A DNA stretch of 64,000 nt from Octopus sinensis (GCF_006345805.1 NC_043024.1:12648001-12712000), one strand, 5' to 3'. Shown: positions 27,446-41,609, numbered from the stretch's first letter. The notes: a model not told the origin generated them from the letters alone. Numbers and translations are program-made.

Positions 27446-28670
27446 TGAGAGAATGTTATGAGAAATTCTCTCCTTGTTCTTCCTCTCCAAATAAACAATG
27501 AAAAAGAAGATAAAGAAATTAACGAAACTGGCAGAAACGAATGAATAAAAGAAGGACTGATTAGTGCGAAGAAGCCACTTCGGCAGCCATCAAAGACATT
27601 TAGCATATCTGCGTGTCGTTGTTGTTGGTGGTGTTATTGGTGTTGTTGATGTTCTTCATAACGTGCGTTGTCCTCATTGTTGTTGTTGTTGGTTGTTTTT
27701 GTTTTTCAAGATAGGTTTCCAGATCAGTGTTTTTCTTCAAATAAAATTTCTGTTTGGGATTTCAGTTAACTTCATTTTCCCTCTCATTACAGTGAAATGA
27801 AATATATAAAAATGCTGGAGAAGGATAATAGGAAAGAAAGAAGGAAAGAAAAACACCAGAAATCGGTAACAATAACAACTACAACAAAAACAACAGTCTC
27901 CACAACAACAACAACAACAACAAGGAAGGAAGCAAACCCTACAAGCAAAAGTCTGTTTGGTGCATTGTCAGAAGGAACGGTGGCATTTCAGATGGAAATT
28001 CATTTGTCACAAAACAACATTTCAAATTCTTATTTTTACTATGGGAATACAAGGTTTCTTTAAGCATTTAGAATCTATCTGAACTAACAAACATAGAAAA
28101 CACACACACACACACGTTTTCTTACACACACACTGCAAAAAATAAATGACATACGAACACGCACAAGTAAAAACAGAAATCAGTGAAACTGGTATCGAGA
28201 TAGTTATGTACGCAAGGAAATCTATTTGTTGTTCGATACCTATTCTTTGGTAAAAGTAAAACGGTGACGAATTGTTTGAGGATTTTATAGAATCATACCA
28301 AGTTATGAAAAATATATATTTTGGGTCTTTTGCAAAATATATTTTCTACACATTGGTGAGGTTTATACACCGACTTCGTCCTTTTCCATTCCCACAACAC
28401 AAAAGGTCATTAATTAGAAGAATCTAGACAAGACAGAGTACAAAAATATTTGGTGAATTGGGTTTATGTTTTACAGTTCTTTACTAATTTTTGTATCAGT
28501 AAATGTTTGCTTATTAACTTCATTGAACGAAGGAATTAAATTCGCGCATAGTGAAAACCTAAAACAATTATCATTATTTTAATTAAATAAGAACCCTAAT
28601 CTTTCACTCACCAAATTCTTAACAATAAAAAATATATTCTTTAAACTTTTCAGCTGACATTTCTCATTAT

Positions 28671-28900
28671 TATACCAGGTTGAAGAAAAAGTTCGTGCGC
28701 CGTATTAAAATAATGATTTTATGCAAGAATTTATTCAAAAACAACAACAAATAATTCTTCAAAATAAAGACCATCATTTTTCTCGACCTTCTGCCAAGGA
28801 TCTGCAAGCTTTCAGATTTGGTCAAAGTACCAATCCTTCGGCTTTGAATACCAAAATTCTTGACAGGCCTTCTTCAACTTCATTGAATGACTAAAATCGG
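28671..28900 (-). mobile_element. Mariner-like transposon right end (TIR and transposase C-terminus)
   Basis: Terminal TA-TACCAGGTTGAAGAAAAAGTTCGTGCG; minus-strand remnant EFWYSKPKDWYFDQI*KLADPWQKVEKNDG matches the mariner C-terminus. Confidence 0.75.
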
Positions 28901-28997
28901 CGACCTTTCAGAAAGTGCTGCATTGATCGGAAGAGACCGGAGTCAGATGGAGCAACAACTGGGACTATAGGCTGGATACGGCAGAACTTCCACACAA

Positions 28998-29134
28998 GAA
29001 CTTATTTAATCGACCCTGATAGGATGAAAGGTAAAGTCTACCTCGGCGGAATTTGAACTCAGAACATAACGGCAGACGAAATACGGCTACGCATTTCGCC
29101 CGGTGTGCTAACGTTTCTGCCATCTCACCACCTT
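28998..29134 (-). mobile_element. SINE family B, 5' half
   Basis: Near-identical to the 31934-32166 head and core. Confidence 0.85.
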
Positions 29135-29394
29135 CATTCCCCCATAATGTCAATAAAACCGAATGTTCTCTCCGTAAACTGGAAACTCCTCCCACTTGTA
29201 CGTTTCGAATAAGATTCCCTTGCTTCGTTTTATCCAATCAGCGCCTCTTATGCTATTACAATTACTCCAGTATATCATTAGAAAGAATTTTTTTTATGTT
29301 CCATTCTTCGACTTTCGGAAACGAGAACCACAAAGAGTCGGTTTGTTACGTTTCAACTTCCAAAACACCCACCGAAACACCTCCACACCGACAC

Positions 29395-29417
29395 CCACAT
29401 ACATACATATGTGCGTG

Positions 29418-29449
<32 letters not shown>

Positions 29450-30056
29450 CACACACATATATATATATACATACACATACATATATATATATATACATAT
29501 ATACACATATATATATACATATATACATACACATATATATATATATACATATACATACATACACATATATATATATATACATATATACATACATATATAC
29601 ATACACATATATATATATATACATATATACATACATACACATATATATATATATATACATACATACACATATATATATACATATATATATGTATATATGT
29701 ATGTATGCATGTATCTATCTGTCTGTCTCTCTGTCTCTCTCTCTATCTATCTATCTTTATATATATGCGTGTGTGTGTATAAATGTTTTTGCTTGTGTAA
29801 GTGTGTGTGTGTATGTGTGTTCACATAGTAATGAAACATCAAAAACACCATTATTAGCTATTTATTTGTCACGAGAGAAATCAGGAAAAAATACCAGTTA
29901 AAAAAATGACCAAATAAAACGTACACACACACATACTCACAGATAGATACACGCACACACATATTTGTTCATACATACGTACATACATACATACATACAT
30001 ACACATGTACACACACACACACATATATACATATATATATACCCGCACACATATAT

Positions 30057-30111
<55 letters not shown>

Positions 30112-30300
30112 TATATAACTGTATATATGTGAGTGTGCATGTATATATCAGTGCATGTGTTAGTCTTTGTATGTGTTTCTATATACATGTTTCGATGTGA
30201 ACGCGTGTATTACTATGATTGTATTACACAATCATACGCACACTCACTCACACGAACACACATATAAGTATATATATATGTGTGTGTGTGTATGTAAGAC
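29395..30300. repeat. (TA)n/(CA)n/(TCTA)n microsatellite block
   Basis: Direct reading. Confidence 0.85.
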
Positions 30301-31380
30301 TATGTATTTACTTTTATCTATATGTGTGTGTATAAATGGGTGTGTAGTTAGTGAGTTGTTCTTATCAATTGTTAGCGTTTTAAGAAAGGTTTACGGTTCA
30401 GGTTTTATTAGGAAATTTCTTAACATTTCATTAAAAACTAAAAACTAAAAAACAACCACATTTTCTGCCATTATCGTAAAATAAATTATAAAGAAATGTA
30501 GAAGGATTTTCGAAAAGAATTAAGGAAAGCCACACGACAGCAAAAACAACAACAACAACCACGTCCAGTATAGCAAACAGAACAGCCAACCCCACAAACA
30601 ATAGGCTGTGTGATGTATTGTCAAAAGTAAAGGTGACAATGTGAGAACATTTTTCTACAGAAATTCAGTTATCAGAAAATAACATTTCAACTTTTTGTTG
30701 TTATCGTTGGAGGGTTGGGGAACGGCTTCCAGCGTTTCAAATGTATCGGAATCAACTAATAAATATCACACAAAACGCACATATACGCGTATGTACACAA
30801 TCATTCTTACACGCAGAAGTGTATAATTGTCTCATAAAGACACAAATTAAACGAAAACGCACAGCGTATTGCATATACACACATTAACATATAATTTAAA
30901 ACAAGCATATACGTATATGTGTGTGTGTGTATGTATGCGGTGGAGGCGAGATTTAGCATTAAGCAATGGCGGCTATTTTGCTGATTGGTATAGCTCTCAG
31001 GAATTTAACACAACATGGCGGTTGTAAACGACAGCAATAGTCCAGACGACTGAGAAGAAATGTCCTCTGTTGAAGAACAAATATATCCTCTTATAGAAGT
31101 CCATCAGAATTCATTTTGCCAGTGGTCTAAACAGCATTATCGAGTCGCCTCGAAATGAGGAGTAGAAGCACAGCTGACAACTGATGAAGGGTCGCTTTTT
31201 ATGTTACTTGACTTGTTTTCCATTCGTTTCTCTCGTTTTTTTTGTCGCACTCAACGTTATTTTCGTATTTCATGCTTGCTTACGTTTTTCTGACGACTTG
31301 TACCAATATATGCATAGCTATATACATATATACGTATGTTTGTACACATGTGTGTCTATTTATGCACACACACACACACA

Positions 31381-31423
<43 letters not shown>

Positions 31424-31933
31424 GTATATGTATGCATGCATGCATGTAAAAACACGAAGACGAGATAAAAATCACCCAAAGTAGGTTTACGGCCGGGAAA
31501 ATTAGATGTCCATTATGTTTCGTGCAAAACTCTCTTCTATACAAAGAATTGACGCGCACAATCTACAAGTGTCACACACACACACACACAAATATAAGTC
31601 TATCTATCTATCTGTCTATCTATCTATCTATTTGTCTATCTATCTATACAGTTTAGTATCCATTAAATTAAAATCAAGGACAAAAGCCCTCCATCCAGTG
31701 AAGGATAAATATAACAGAATGCGCACCGTAGAAAGATGCTAAACACTAAGAGTTACTTGCAGGGAAGACCAGAGTCTAAGAAGGTTTTTATAAAACTCCT
31801 AATCTACAGGCCCTGCACACATACATTTATTTGTATGTATGCATGCGTGTGCATATGTATATATATATATATATGATATTATACACACACACACATATAT
31901 ATAAATGGGTAGGTAAGTAGGTAGATAAATATA

Positions 31934-32166
31934 TATTTCTTTACTACCCACAAGGGGCTAAACACAGCGGGGACAAACAAGGACAGACAAACGGATTAAG
32001 TCGATTATATTGACCCCAGTGCGTAACTGGTACTTAATTTATCGACCACGAACGGATGAAAGGCAAAGTCAACCTCGGCGGAATTTGAACTCAGAACGTA
32101 ACGGCAGACGAAATACGGCTACGCATTTCGCCCGGCATGCTAACGTTTCTACCAGCTCGCCGCCTT
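31934..32166 (-). mobile_element. SINE family B, full length
   Basis: Head, core and tail (cccttgtgggtagtaaagaaata) all present. Confidence 0.9.
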
Positions 32167-33507
32167 AAAATATAGGTAGGGAGATAAATATAGGTTTACG
32201 TGACACATTCTCCTCCATCAAAATCAAAGGAAAAAAACAATATAAAATGAAACAAAGCGTTAAAGCCTGCTCCCGTGGAAGATTTGAAACTGAAACATCA
32301 CTTTTCACGGGGGTACTCGAATGTGTGACGTTAAATTACGAAATGAAAGAAAGAATATAAGAGAAAAACCAAAACAAAATGATAAAACTGATAACGAGCA
32401 TCCATATCAGTAGATATTAATAAATTATAACTAATTAAGCACAAAAAGTCATTAGGTAGGGAATAAATGGAGAAGTTTGGGTTAATAAGTAATTATGATG
32501 GTAATGGCGATTTATAATGATTATTATGATAATGATGATGATGATGGTGGTGATGATGATATGCAAAGAGATATTGATGACGATGACAATATCATGACGA
32601 AGATGATGATGATATCGATGGTGATGGTGGCCGTCATTCAGAAAGATGATGCTATCGATAGGTGTGGTGGTGGTGGTGGTGACGACGTTGAAGAGATTCT
32701 GTACGTCCATCTCCACGGATTTTCCGAAGCTTTGGTCACAGATTCTTCTTCTTATTATTATTATCATTATTATTATTATCGCTTCGGAAATAAGTAACAG
32801 TCAAGTCAATCTAATTAACCGGTACCACTACTTAAACTGCTGACGTGGAAGCAATTATTATCATTATTATTATTATTATTATTATTCAACTTAGAAGATG
32901 GAGAGAGAGAGAGCGAGAGAGAAGGAGAGATGGAGAGACTGAGCGTGAGAGAATGGAACAAAAGCTAAGATGCTAGGAAGCAAACATATAAAATAATATT
33001 CGAAACTGAGAAATTCTTGGAAATGTCACATGATTTTTGCAGAATAGTTTACGACTTAAAAGATTTTTAGCTGTCAAAAATATTTGCAGTGGCAGAACTG
33101 AACTGAAATTCAATTACAAGCGATTGTATTACACAGCTAAATTGTCTAAAGTGTTTGTTAATATTCGGTGTTACGCAAGTAATTTGTTGCAGAAATGTGA
33201 TAATGGTGCCGTGTTGAGCAGTCATACCATATTCCTTGTGTTGTCAAAGACAATTTGGAATTATATAGTTTCAATGAATAAGCTGAGTACACACAAATTC
33301 ACACACACACACAATGCCAATAATGTATATGCAAGCCTGATTATATAAATGCTTATGCCTGTTTTTTCCGTATGGAGAATGTATTCACAGGGAGAAAATA
33401 TTCTGTGGAGATGATGAGCCACGATCGAAACAATTAACTCTGCGCAATATTAACACAGAAAACACTATGTGTGGATATTCATTAATGCACACATACACAC
33501 ACACGCT

Positions 33508-33540
<33 letters not shown>

Positions 33541-33694
33541 GCATGTGAGCGTATTGATATACAAAAATAGATCATATATATATACATATATACAAAATGG
33601 ACACACGCACATATGTATATATGAGAACAAATACGCATTCCGGCACATTTTCTTTCCCGTTATCACACTCACCCACTCCACACACATGCGCGCG

Positions 33695-33729
<35 letters not shown>

Positions 33730-34187
33730 TGAAACCGTTTTCTGAGTCGAGTCTTTATACCCCGATATCTAAGTTCAAATCTTTTGATAAAGTGGACCCA
33801 CTAAGGTCTAATTGGAGTGTTTCCTCGTTTGAGAGTCGCTGCCAAAATGCCGTGTGTCAGCGTGGAAGAACAGGGCCGAAATACATCATTCAATCGGAGG
33901 GCATCGAGTTGGAGCAGCTTTGGTCATTGCTAAATTCATAACGATAATGAAAGATATTCCAGCCATAACCACTTCTTTTACATATATTTTCAGCATGGAT
34001 GTGACCAGAAGAGAGAGAAAGAGAGGTAGAGAGAAAAGGAGAGGGGAGAGAGAGTGTTAAATCCCCATTCCGTTTCGGTACTCTTGTTCCTCTGAGGAAT
34101 CTGAAATGACGCGAAATGAAGTAGAATGGCCCAGGACTCAACACACAACCCATTCGAAACCGCGATCTCATATCCATTTGCTTACAT

Positions 34188-34264
<77 letters not shown>

Positions 34265-34856
34265 CTCATACACACATACTGACTATTAGGGTAGGGTATG
34301 GTATGTGTGTGTGTGTGTGTACGCATAACTGCCTATGTCCGTGAATTATGCGTTTGTGTTCGTTGTAAATTCATTTAGCGAAAACGGTTTCTTTCTAATA
34401 ATTCCGTTCTTGCAACACCATGATGTAATCCTGTCATAACACGCGTATGTATGTATTTATATATGCATGTTTATATATAACTATTCACTCTCTCTCACCA
34501 CACACCACACACACACGCACAAACATGTGTAGAAGAATGATGGAAGACTTCCGGCAAGTCATGTCTGCAACAGAAGTACAGTTTCATTTCAGAAATCTCA
34601 CTTCCGTTTCGTACCGCAGGTTGTACTATCAATGAATGATCTGTGCAGAAATGTTCTGCTTCAGGTTTCTTTGTCTTTAACGGCCTAAATATAGATGATG
34701 TACTCCAGGCTGTTGTACCTCTCTTACGTTCTATGCAAGCGAATTCTTTGTTGAGTAATTGCCAAGATATTATATATTTAAAAAGTAAACGACAGAGGTT
34801 AATAACTGAGAGATGCTATCTGCATTGTAAAGCAATTCAGAAAGTTCACACACACA

Positions 34857-34897
<41 letters not shown>

Positions 34898-35453
34898 ACA
34901 CAAATACACACGCGCGTGTTTAATAAATATTATTGTAAAGTACAGAGTGAATTCACAATAATTAAAATACAACTTAAAATGCTTGACTTTGTCACTCAAA
35001 GCAGATGTGGATTCCTGTCATAATTAGCTTACACGAAAAGTGTAAGAATAATAATATCTGTTGCATTGATACTTATTTAGAGATTCGGAGTAAATGTAAT
35101 TGAACTTTTTGAATTTATCAAAGATTTTGTATATATATAAGATAAGAACATAATCATAAAAATGGTTATATCAGTGACCTAGCACATAAAAATGACCGTG
35201 TAGGTAACATTAATTATTTTACGTATATGATTATAGAGATATATTTATAGTTAAGGATTACTTTGAGTGGATTGTAGGTATTTGACATTTACTTCTAGCA
35301 TAGGCGTATGTCATTTCAAATTGCCCTTAACTATAATTATATACGCCATACATACATACATACATATATGTATGTATATAGCGTCCAATAACACTATACT
35401 TGTTCCACGTCCTCGCGTTGTTGTGTTTTCTCTTTGTGTTTTCATGTTTGGAT

Positions 35454-35493
<40 letters not shown>

Positions 35494-35629
35494 AACAAGA
35501 GCACACTCACGCACACACACTCGTATACACACATATAAAGACATAGCTCACATATGTTGGATGCATGTGTGCATGTTATCAACAGCATACCTGGATACAA
35601 CTCACTCATCAAGAACTCACTGCTTGAAA

Positions 35630-35985
35630 GCACCACCTGATAGGATGATCTAAATCCTGTTTAAGTCAAGTTTTGTTTATGGACCATTCAAGTAGTGAGT
35701 TCTTGTTGAGTGAGTTGTATCCAGGTATGGCTGGCTTATCCGGTACTCCTTGATCTCTTTCGGGACAATGTTAAACAGTGCAGGGCCTGTTGAGGAGAAG
35801 TTGTATTGTACCTATATGCTGTGACCCTGAATTGGGCAGGGGACGTATGACCCGTGGTCCCAGCCTTGGATGAACCTTGAAACTAATGTTCAGGTCGTTT
35901 GGGAAATGTTGGCGGTATATTCTCCACATCGTACAAATGATGTCCCGCTCATATTCTTGCATTTTGCATGGCATACATAACAGAC
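35630..35985 (-). mobile_element. CR1/L2-group LINE ORF2 C-terminus and start of 3' tail
   Basis: Minus strand: ERDIICTMWRIY..FPNDLNISF, GPALFNIVPKEIKE, PDKPAIPGYNSLNKNSLLEW; then aggtggtgct tail. Confidence 0.7.
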
Positions 35986-37442
35986 ATTTGGCTGTTATTT
36001 CTAGCTGGCTTATCAACCGACACGAGGCATCCTCGTTAGATCGATCAATATTATTATATATGGATCGAAAGGTAGATTCTGACAAATATTGATAAATAAT
36101 CTATTACAGGGATAAATATAATCTTCACCATCAAAAGAGATTTCATTGTGGAAAGTAAAAAAAATAAAAACATGATAAAGATCAAAACTGGTAAAAAAAA
36201 CAAAAAAAAACGAAGGGTAAAATTCGTACAAAAAGATTTCTTTTTTTAAATATATATTTTTTATTTTAAATTTTTGTTTCGACAATTGTTCTACTTGTCA
36301 GCGACACTGGCATGCGATCCATCAGCTCTCTGATTCTGATATTGGATTTAGCCGTTGGAAATGGTAAAAGAGAAAATGAAGAAAGAAATGTTCTTTTGAT
36401 AAGAAATTTCGCTGTGCAAAAAAAACAACCAAATAACAACAAAAAAAAAACCCAAATAAGGACCAAAAAGAAACAAAAACCACAAAAACAAAAATAGCAT
36501 TCCTTTACGCATGTATTTTTTTCTTGAATTCTTTATATTTTCTTTTGTTGTTGTTGTACGTGTAATTTTTTCCTATGTCATAACAAGCTTCAGCAAGTAA
36601 TTGATCGAAAGTCTTGTAGATAAACTCTTTGTTAAGAATTCGCTTCGTCTTTATTTGATGCTTGTTTTCTGAATTTTTATGTATTTCTGTCTTATTATTT
36701 TTTTTGTTTTCTCAGAATTGACGGACGGTGGACATTTTCGAATCAATAAGTTCGTAGATCGATGTAACTTTTACGTGAAAGAACTACGACAATAACTACT
36801 GCTACTACTACTACTACTGCCACTACTACTACAATCGACGACACCCCAGAGTTCCAAGTCATGATATCACGCTATGTGATGCTTTGATATTTACTGCATA
36901 ATCACTGATCCAACAGGGCAGGCATTAGCGCTTGTAAAGTTGGAGTTGGTATCAGCTTACATCTATATACATACATACATTGTGTACACACACATAAATA
37001 TACAGTTATATATTTGTGTGTGTATGCATACATATATACACATATATATCTATCTATTGATCTATCTATCTATCTTATCTAGCTGGCTAGCAATCTAATA
37101 CATACATATTTATATATGTATGATGGATTCCCTACTGGTATTCTGGTATTCGACGCATAACGGTCAAAGAATTTTTCATTTTCTTTCCCTTTGTTTTTCT
37201 TCTCAGTACGATCTTGATGAAAAGTGGTCGAAGCAAATACATTGGACAGCTTCAAGCGGTAAGGCCTTGCGAGGAACCATTCACGCCTCTTCGTTTCTGC
37301 TGTTAACAATAGTTTCAGCAAGTATGCCACGTGACAGGCGATCAGCAGACTCCAGTTGTTTGGCCGTTGACTAACAACTGCCTCCGCCTTTCGATGGTTT
37401 ATGCTTTTCATCTTGCAGAGTTCTCAATAACCTCATTCCTCA

Positions 37443-37477
<35 letters not shown>

Positions 37478-37480
<3 letters not shown>

Positions 37481-37661
37481 GCTCTTAAACGCATTTTTTT
37501 CTCTCCTTGTTTTTTTCTGTATATCTTTCTGTCGAAGAGCGTAGGCTCGAAACGTAAAAAGACTTGTTCTATTTCTATTCCTGAGCGCCATACTAATACA
37601 TTTGTTTGTTTGTACTCCACCTGCCTTCGTCTTTTGTTTATTTTCGTAAACCTTCCCGTTA
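37478..37661 (+). mobile_element. Family G short element in a (TA)n tract, with HHR motif at 37525-37561
   Basis: CUUU-CUGUCGA-A-GAGC-guag-GCUC-GAAAC-GU-A-AAAAG; homologous to 330-522. Confidence 0.75.
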
Positions 37662-37853
37662 TATATATATATATAATAATAAATATTAGGCAATAAATCC
37701 AAATTTACAGGGAAAAAATCAGATTTAGGATTAAATCCAATTTTATAGTAAAATATTATAAAATATTATTAGAGACAAAACCACTATTTTGCAAAACAAA
37801 CAAGGAAAGACTTAATCAATACATAAAATTTTAATAAATAGTCAAAAAAACCG

Positions 37854-37896
37854 CCACTACAATTGTTTCTTGTCTTGATCGACAATCTTCAGGTGG
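37854..37896 (-). ncRNA. Mirror copy of the canonical hammerhead motif
   Basis: Exact reverse complement of 37959-38001. Confidence 0.8.
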
Positions 37897-37958
37897 ACTT
37901 CCAATAAGTCAGTTTCAAATTATGAAACTTCATAATTTGAAACTGACTTATTGGAAGT

Positions 37959-38001
37959 CCACCTGAAGATTGTCGATCAAGACAAGAAACAATTGTAGTG
38001 G
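37959..38001 (+). ncRNA. Canonical minimal type I hammerhead ribozyme motif
   Basis: CCAC-CUGAAGA-UUGUC-gaucaa-GACAA-GAAAC-aauu-GU-A-GUGG; predicted cleavage after A37997. Confidence 0.8.
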
Positions 38002-38088
38002 CGGTTTTTTTGACTATTTATTAAAATTTTATGTATTGATTAAGTCTTTCCTTGTTTGTTTTGCAAAATAGTGGTTTTGTCTCTAATA

Positions 38089-38158
<70 letters not shown>

Positions 38159-38161
<3 letters not shown>

Positions 38162-38415
38162 GGTGGCCCAAAAGTAGGTTTACAGTTATCACGTAGGCAC
38201 TTGAAATTTATAAAAAACAACATTTTATTACATTAAAATTTCTATCTTACAATCATATTGTTAATGCACATCTTAGAGAGACAATGTTTAATCTCTCAGA
38301 TGCTCAAAGAGTCCTCCTTCAACACTGAAACATTCTTCAAACCTCTTCAGAACACTCTGACACACAATACGGCACAAACTCCGATCTCCATTCAATTTCA
38401 GTGAATGCTTCAGAA
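38159..38415 (-). mobile_element. Tc1/mariner-like right end
   Basis: CAGGGTGGCCCAAAAGTAGG terminus next to (TA)n; minus-strand remnant LCRIVCQSVLKRFEECFSVEGGLFEHL* resembles the RL..C....GGHFEHL C-terminus. Confidence 0.7.
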
Positions 38416-38455
38416 ATGTAGTCTTTTAATTAATTTACTGTTTTTGGATTCTTGT

Positions 38456-38551
<96 letters not shown>

Positions 38552-39559
38552 CCCTCACTACCGCTTGACAACTGGTGTTCGTGCGTATGTCCCCATAAAC
38601 ACACAATTAAAATTGCGTTTATTAAATATAATACTATACGTAATGTTGCCTTGGTTACTGGGAGATTGATTTTCCATTTAAAGAACTGGGCGAACCGTTA
38701 AAAACTGCTGAGACCTATTCTTCTGACCAACAGATGAAGAGGTGGAGAGTCACGAAAGATGTTATCAGTGATGATGCTATCCTTCAAAGCCTTTTAATAA
38801 AAGGAAGTGTTTTCAAATATTTCTCGAGATGAAGAAAAACACGTAATTTTGCGTATGCTGTAATAAGGCTTTACGTGATTAAAGGACTTCACTGATAAAA
38901 TACTAATTATTTTCTACACAGCTAATTGTCGCCTCTTAATTGGTCTCTCTCTTATAAAATATGCATGCTTACCCAATCTTCGATTACTATATCATCTTCC
39001 TTTTACCAGTTTGATAAATGGAGAAAGTCTGAGAAGGTGTATTTTACGAGGCTTTTTGTGGCTTTTATTATAATAATATCAATTCTTTGTTAACTAATCG
39101 AAAGCTATACCACCGGTTGAACTCTATACCACACACAGATACACACACACACACTCTCTCTCACACACACACAAACACACATCATACATGCATGTTTATA
39201 TATCATACACACATTATATATATATATATCATAGGAACAATACATGTTTTATGTGCTACTAGTAGTATCTGCTGAGAACATGCCATAAAATGTATCATAA
39301 TACGTCTGACATCTGGCAGACTCATCAGAAACAGCCCACATGGGAAAAGGAAGTAAGAGTTGAATGAGAGAAGAAAAGAGAAATTGCGGGATAAAAGTAT
39401 GTAGAAAAAGTGGAAAGTTAAAAAGCGGAGAACGAAAAAGTAATCAGGTAAAAGTAAAAGGAGAAAAGAGTTATCTCCCTTGGACCATAATTTATAAGGC
39501 TGGAAAAATAGTTACTTAGATTTTTGGCACAAATTAATCAGATACAGGTGGAACATCAT

Positions 39560-40900
39560 AATTCGTCAATAGGAACTTAGGCATTTGTTTACACCCACTA
39601 AAAATTTCAGATCTAGAATTCAGCATTGATTTAGAGATCTTATATCGAAAAAACCATAGCTTGTGTTTTTTTTTTATCCATTAATATAAGGTGTGAATTT
39701 TTCGATTATTTTCCTCTTTATCGTATGTGGTATTGCGTTAGACTTCAAACTCTATGCATGGCTAGTTAACTTAATAGCTTTGCTATGTGATTATCCTAGC
39801 AATTTTTAAATTCTCCTTCACATAATACAATATAGGTCTTCTTATCGGTTATCATTTAGCTTTGCAATAACTTCTGCCTCGTATATGGCATTTAATCATA
39901 CATCGCTGGTCAAGCGGACAAGTTCCTGGGTCTCGACATTAACAGATGGATTTAGGCTCTTGGTGTTGACCTCGTGTAAAAATATACTTCATTTTGGGAC
40001 AGCAGCTATATGATAATCTCCCAGAACACCTGTTGAATATTTTCCCGTACCTGTGATTTGCTGGAAAATGTTTGTCTAGGAGAGAAGGAATATTTTACCT
40101 ATGTTAGTTTTTACGTTAAAGATAAAAAAGAGGGGCGAACCAAATCATTTTCCACGGTCTATTTTAAAGTCTATTATTGTTATTATTTTGATGACTATTA
40201 GAAGGGTTATATATTAATAGATCTTGAGAGCCACTCGGACTATTATTATTCTGGTAAGTATTAGACGGATTATATATTAATTTATCTTTAAAGCCACTAT
40301 TGGCTGGAGCATTATCATATTAAGGGGCTGCTTTCTTAACATTTCTTTAGAGGAAGATAGCTTTAGACATTCTGTTAGTAATATTAGCCATGAAGTTTTT
40401 AAATATTACAGGAGGGCGACAAGACTGTTTATGTGTACAGATGGGTTTCTCGTTAGGCTTATGGAAAAGTTTATAAGAGGAGTTTATGTCTGTGGAACCA
40501 TCTAAAAAATCAGCTATAAACAGATTAGTCACTACTGTGAGTTTAAGGCCTACTTGACCGAAGGGAGAAATAAGTTGCTTCCCAAATTTATCAAGGGTGT
40601 AACCATCACAGCCATGGGAAAAGCCAGCAGTGAAAGAAAACCATATAGTATGAGATTGCAACCACTGACGAGAATTTTCAGGGTTGATACGAGAGGACAG
40701 ATGACTCCAGAATCCGTCAGCTCGCGGCACAACTGGACTCTGGTCACACTGCATACTAGGTGGAAGCTTTTGGTTATCAGAAGGTGTGAGCAAAGTAGAT
40801 ACCTCGGCAGTTGATACCCGATTCAAATGATAGAAACCTGGAAGTCCGTTCTGATTCGCTAGAAACGTTTGGAGCTTTTTGTATCCCAATCAGGTGACAG
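39560..40900 (-). mobile_element. Decayed Penelope-like element: RT C-terminal/thumb, linker, GIY-YIG endonuclease
   Basis: Minus strand: GLKLTVVTNLFIADFLD, YKLFHKPNEKP..HKQS.RPP, LSSSKE..KAAP*YDNA..NSGFKDKLIY, IWFAP..NVKTNIGK.FL..LDKHFP, LSYSC, C*CRDPGTCPLDQRC, AIYEAEV, KTYIVLCEGEFK, LNSRSEIFSGC; many stops and frameshifts. Confidence 0.8.
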
Positions 40901-41609
40901 GGGAAAAGAAGCAAAGCCGATTTTATGATCCTGAAAGAAGCCTCAGTCCATAGGATGGTGTCAAAAATTTGCTTTAAGCCCTCAAATATTCAAGAGCCGG
41001 CGATTGGCACAAAAACTCATTGTGATGATTATTTCTTTCTTTGAGGGTGGGGGCAAGGGTTTTATTTTCCTTAATATTCTGGATCGTAACTGAATCATGA
41101 GCAGTGGAGCATTACAGAATCCATAACAAAAGAATCATTGGACGAGAACTTGTAACACGATTCATATTCTACAAGTCGATGCTTGACCACACACCTCTTT
41201 GGAAACAAATCAGATAATCGGAAAATTAGAGTGGTAAATGGTTCCACATTCCATCCCGGATCTGACACCATTCGACATCCATCTGTTTGTTTCAGAAAGG
41301 AAAGCCTCCGGCGACGGCGATGGAAACGAACTGAAACTGGCAGTGAAAAAGTGCGCGCAGTCGTACAACAAATAGGGACAAATGCATCAACAATGATGGA
41401 GAATGTGTTGAATGATGGAATTCTACAGAGGAAGAATTACTCTAGCAGAATGACCGACGTCAGATAATGGAAAAATTATGCCCAGTTTTGCATTATCTTA
41501 CGTAAAACGCTCGTACATATTATATGTGCATTTGTGTTTGCGTTCACGCCACTGAATATTTTGGCAATATAAACCAATATAATAGGCACCATGCTTAGAA
41601 AGAAATAAT

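Larger units (their letters stand above)
37670..38098. mobile_element. Fold-back PLE pseudo-LTR-like element; perfect 170-bp inverted repeat
   Basis: Arms 37757-37926 and 37929-38098 are reverse complements with a 2-nt spacer; the left arm continues ~85 bp further. Confidence 0.9.

Noticed and set aside
33395-33440. UGAUGA...GAAACAAUU motif
   Set aside because: C3 and the GU of stem III are missing and stem II is absent.
35586-35729. MITE with 43-bp TIRs
   Set aside because: The arms are the LINE ORF2 C-terminus; better explained as a fold-back.
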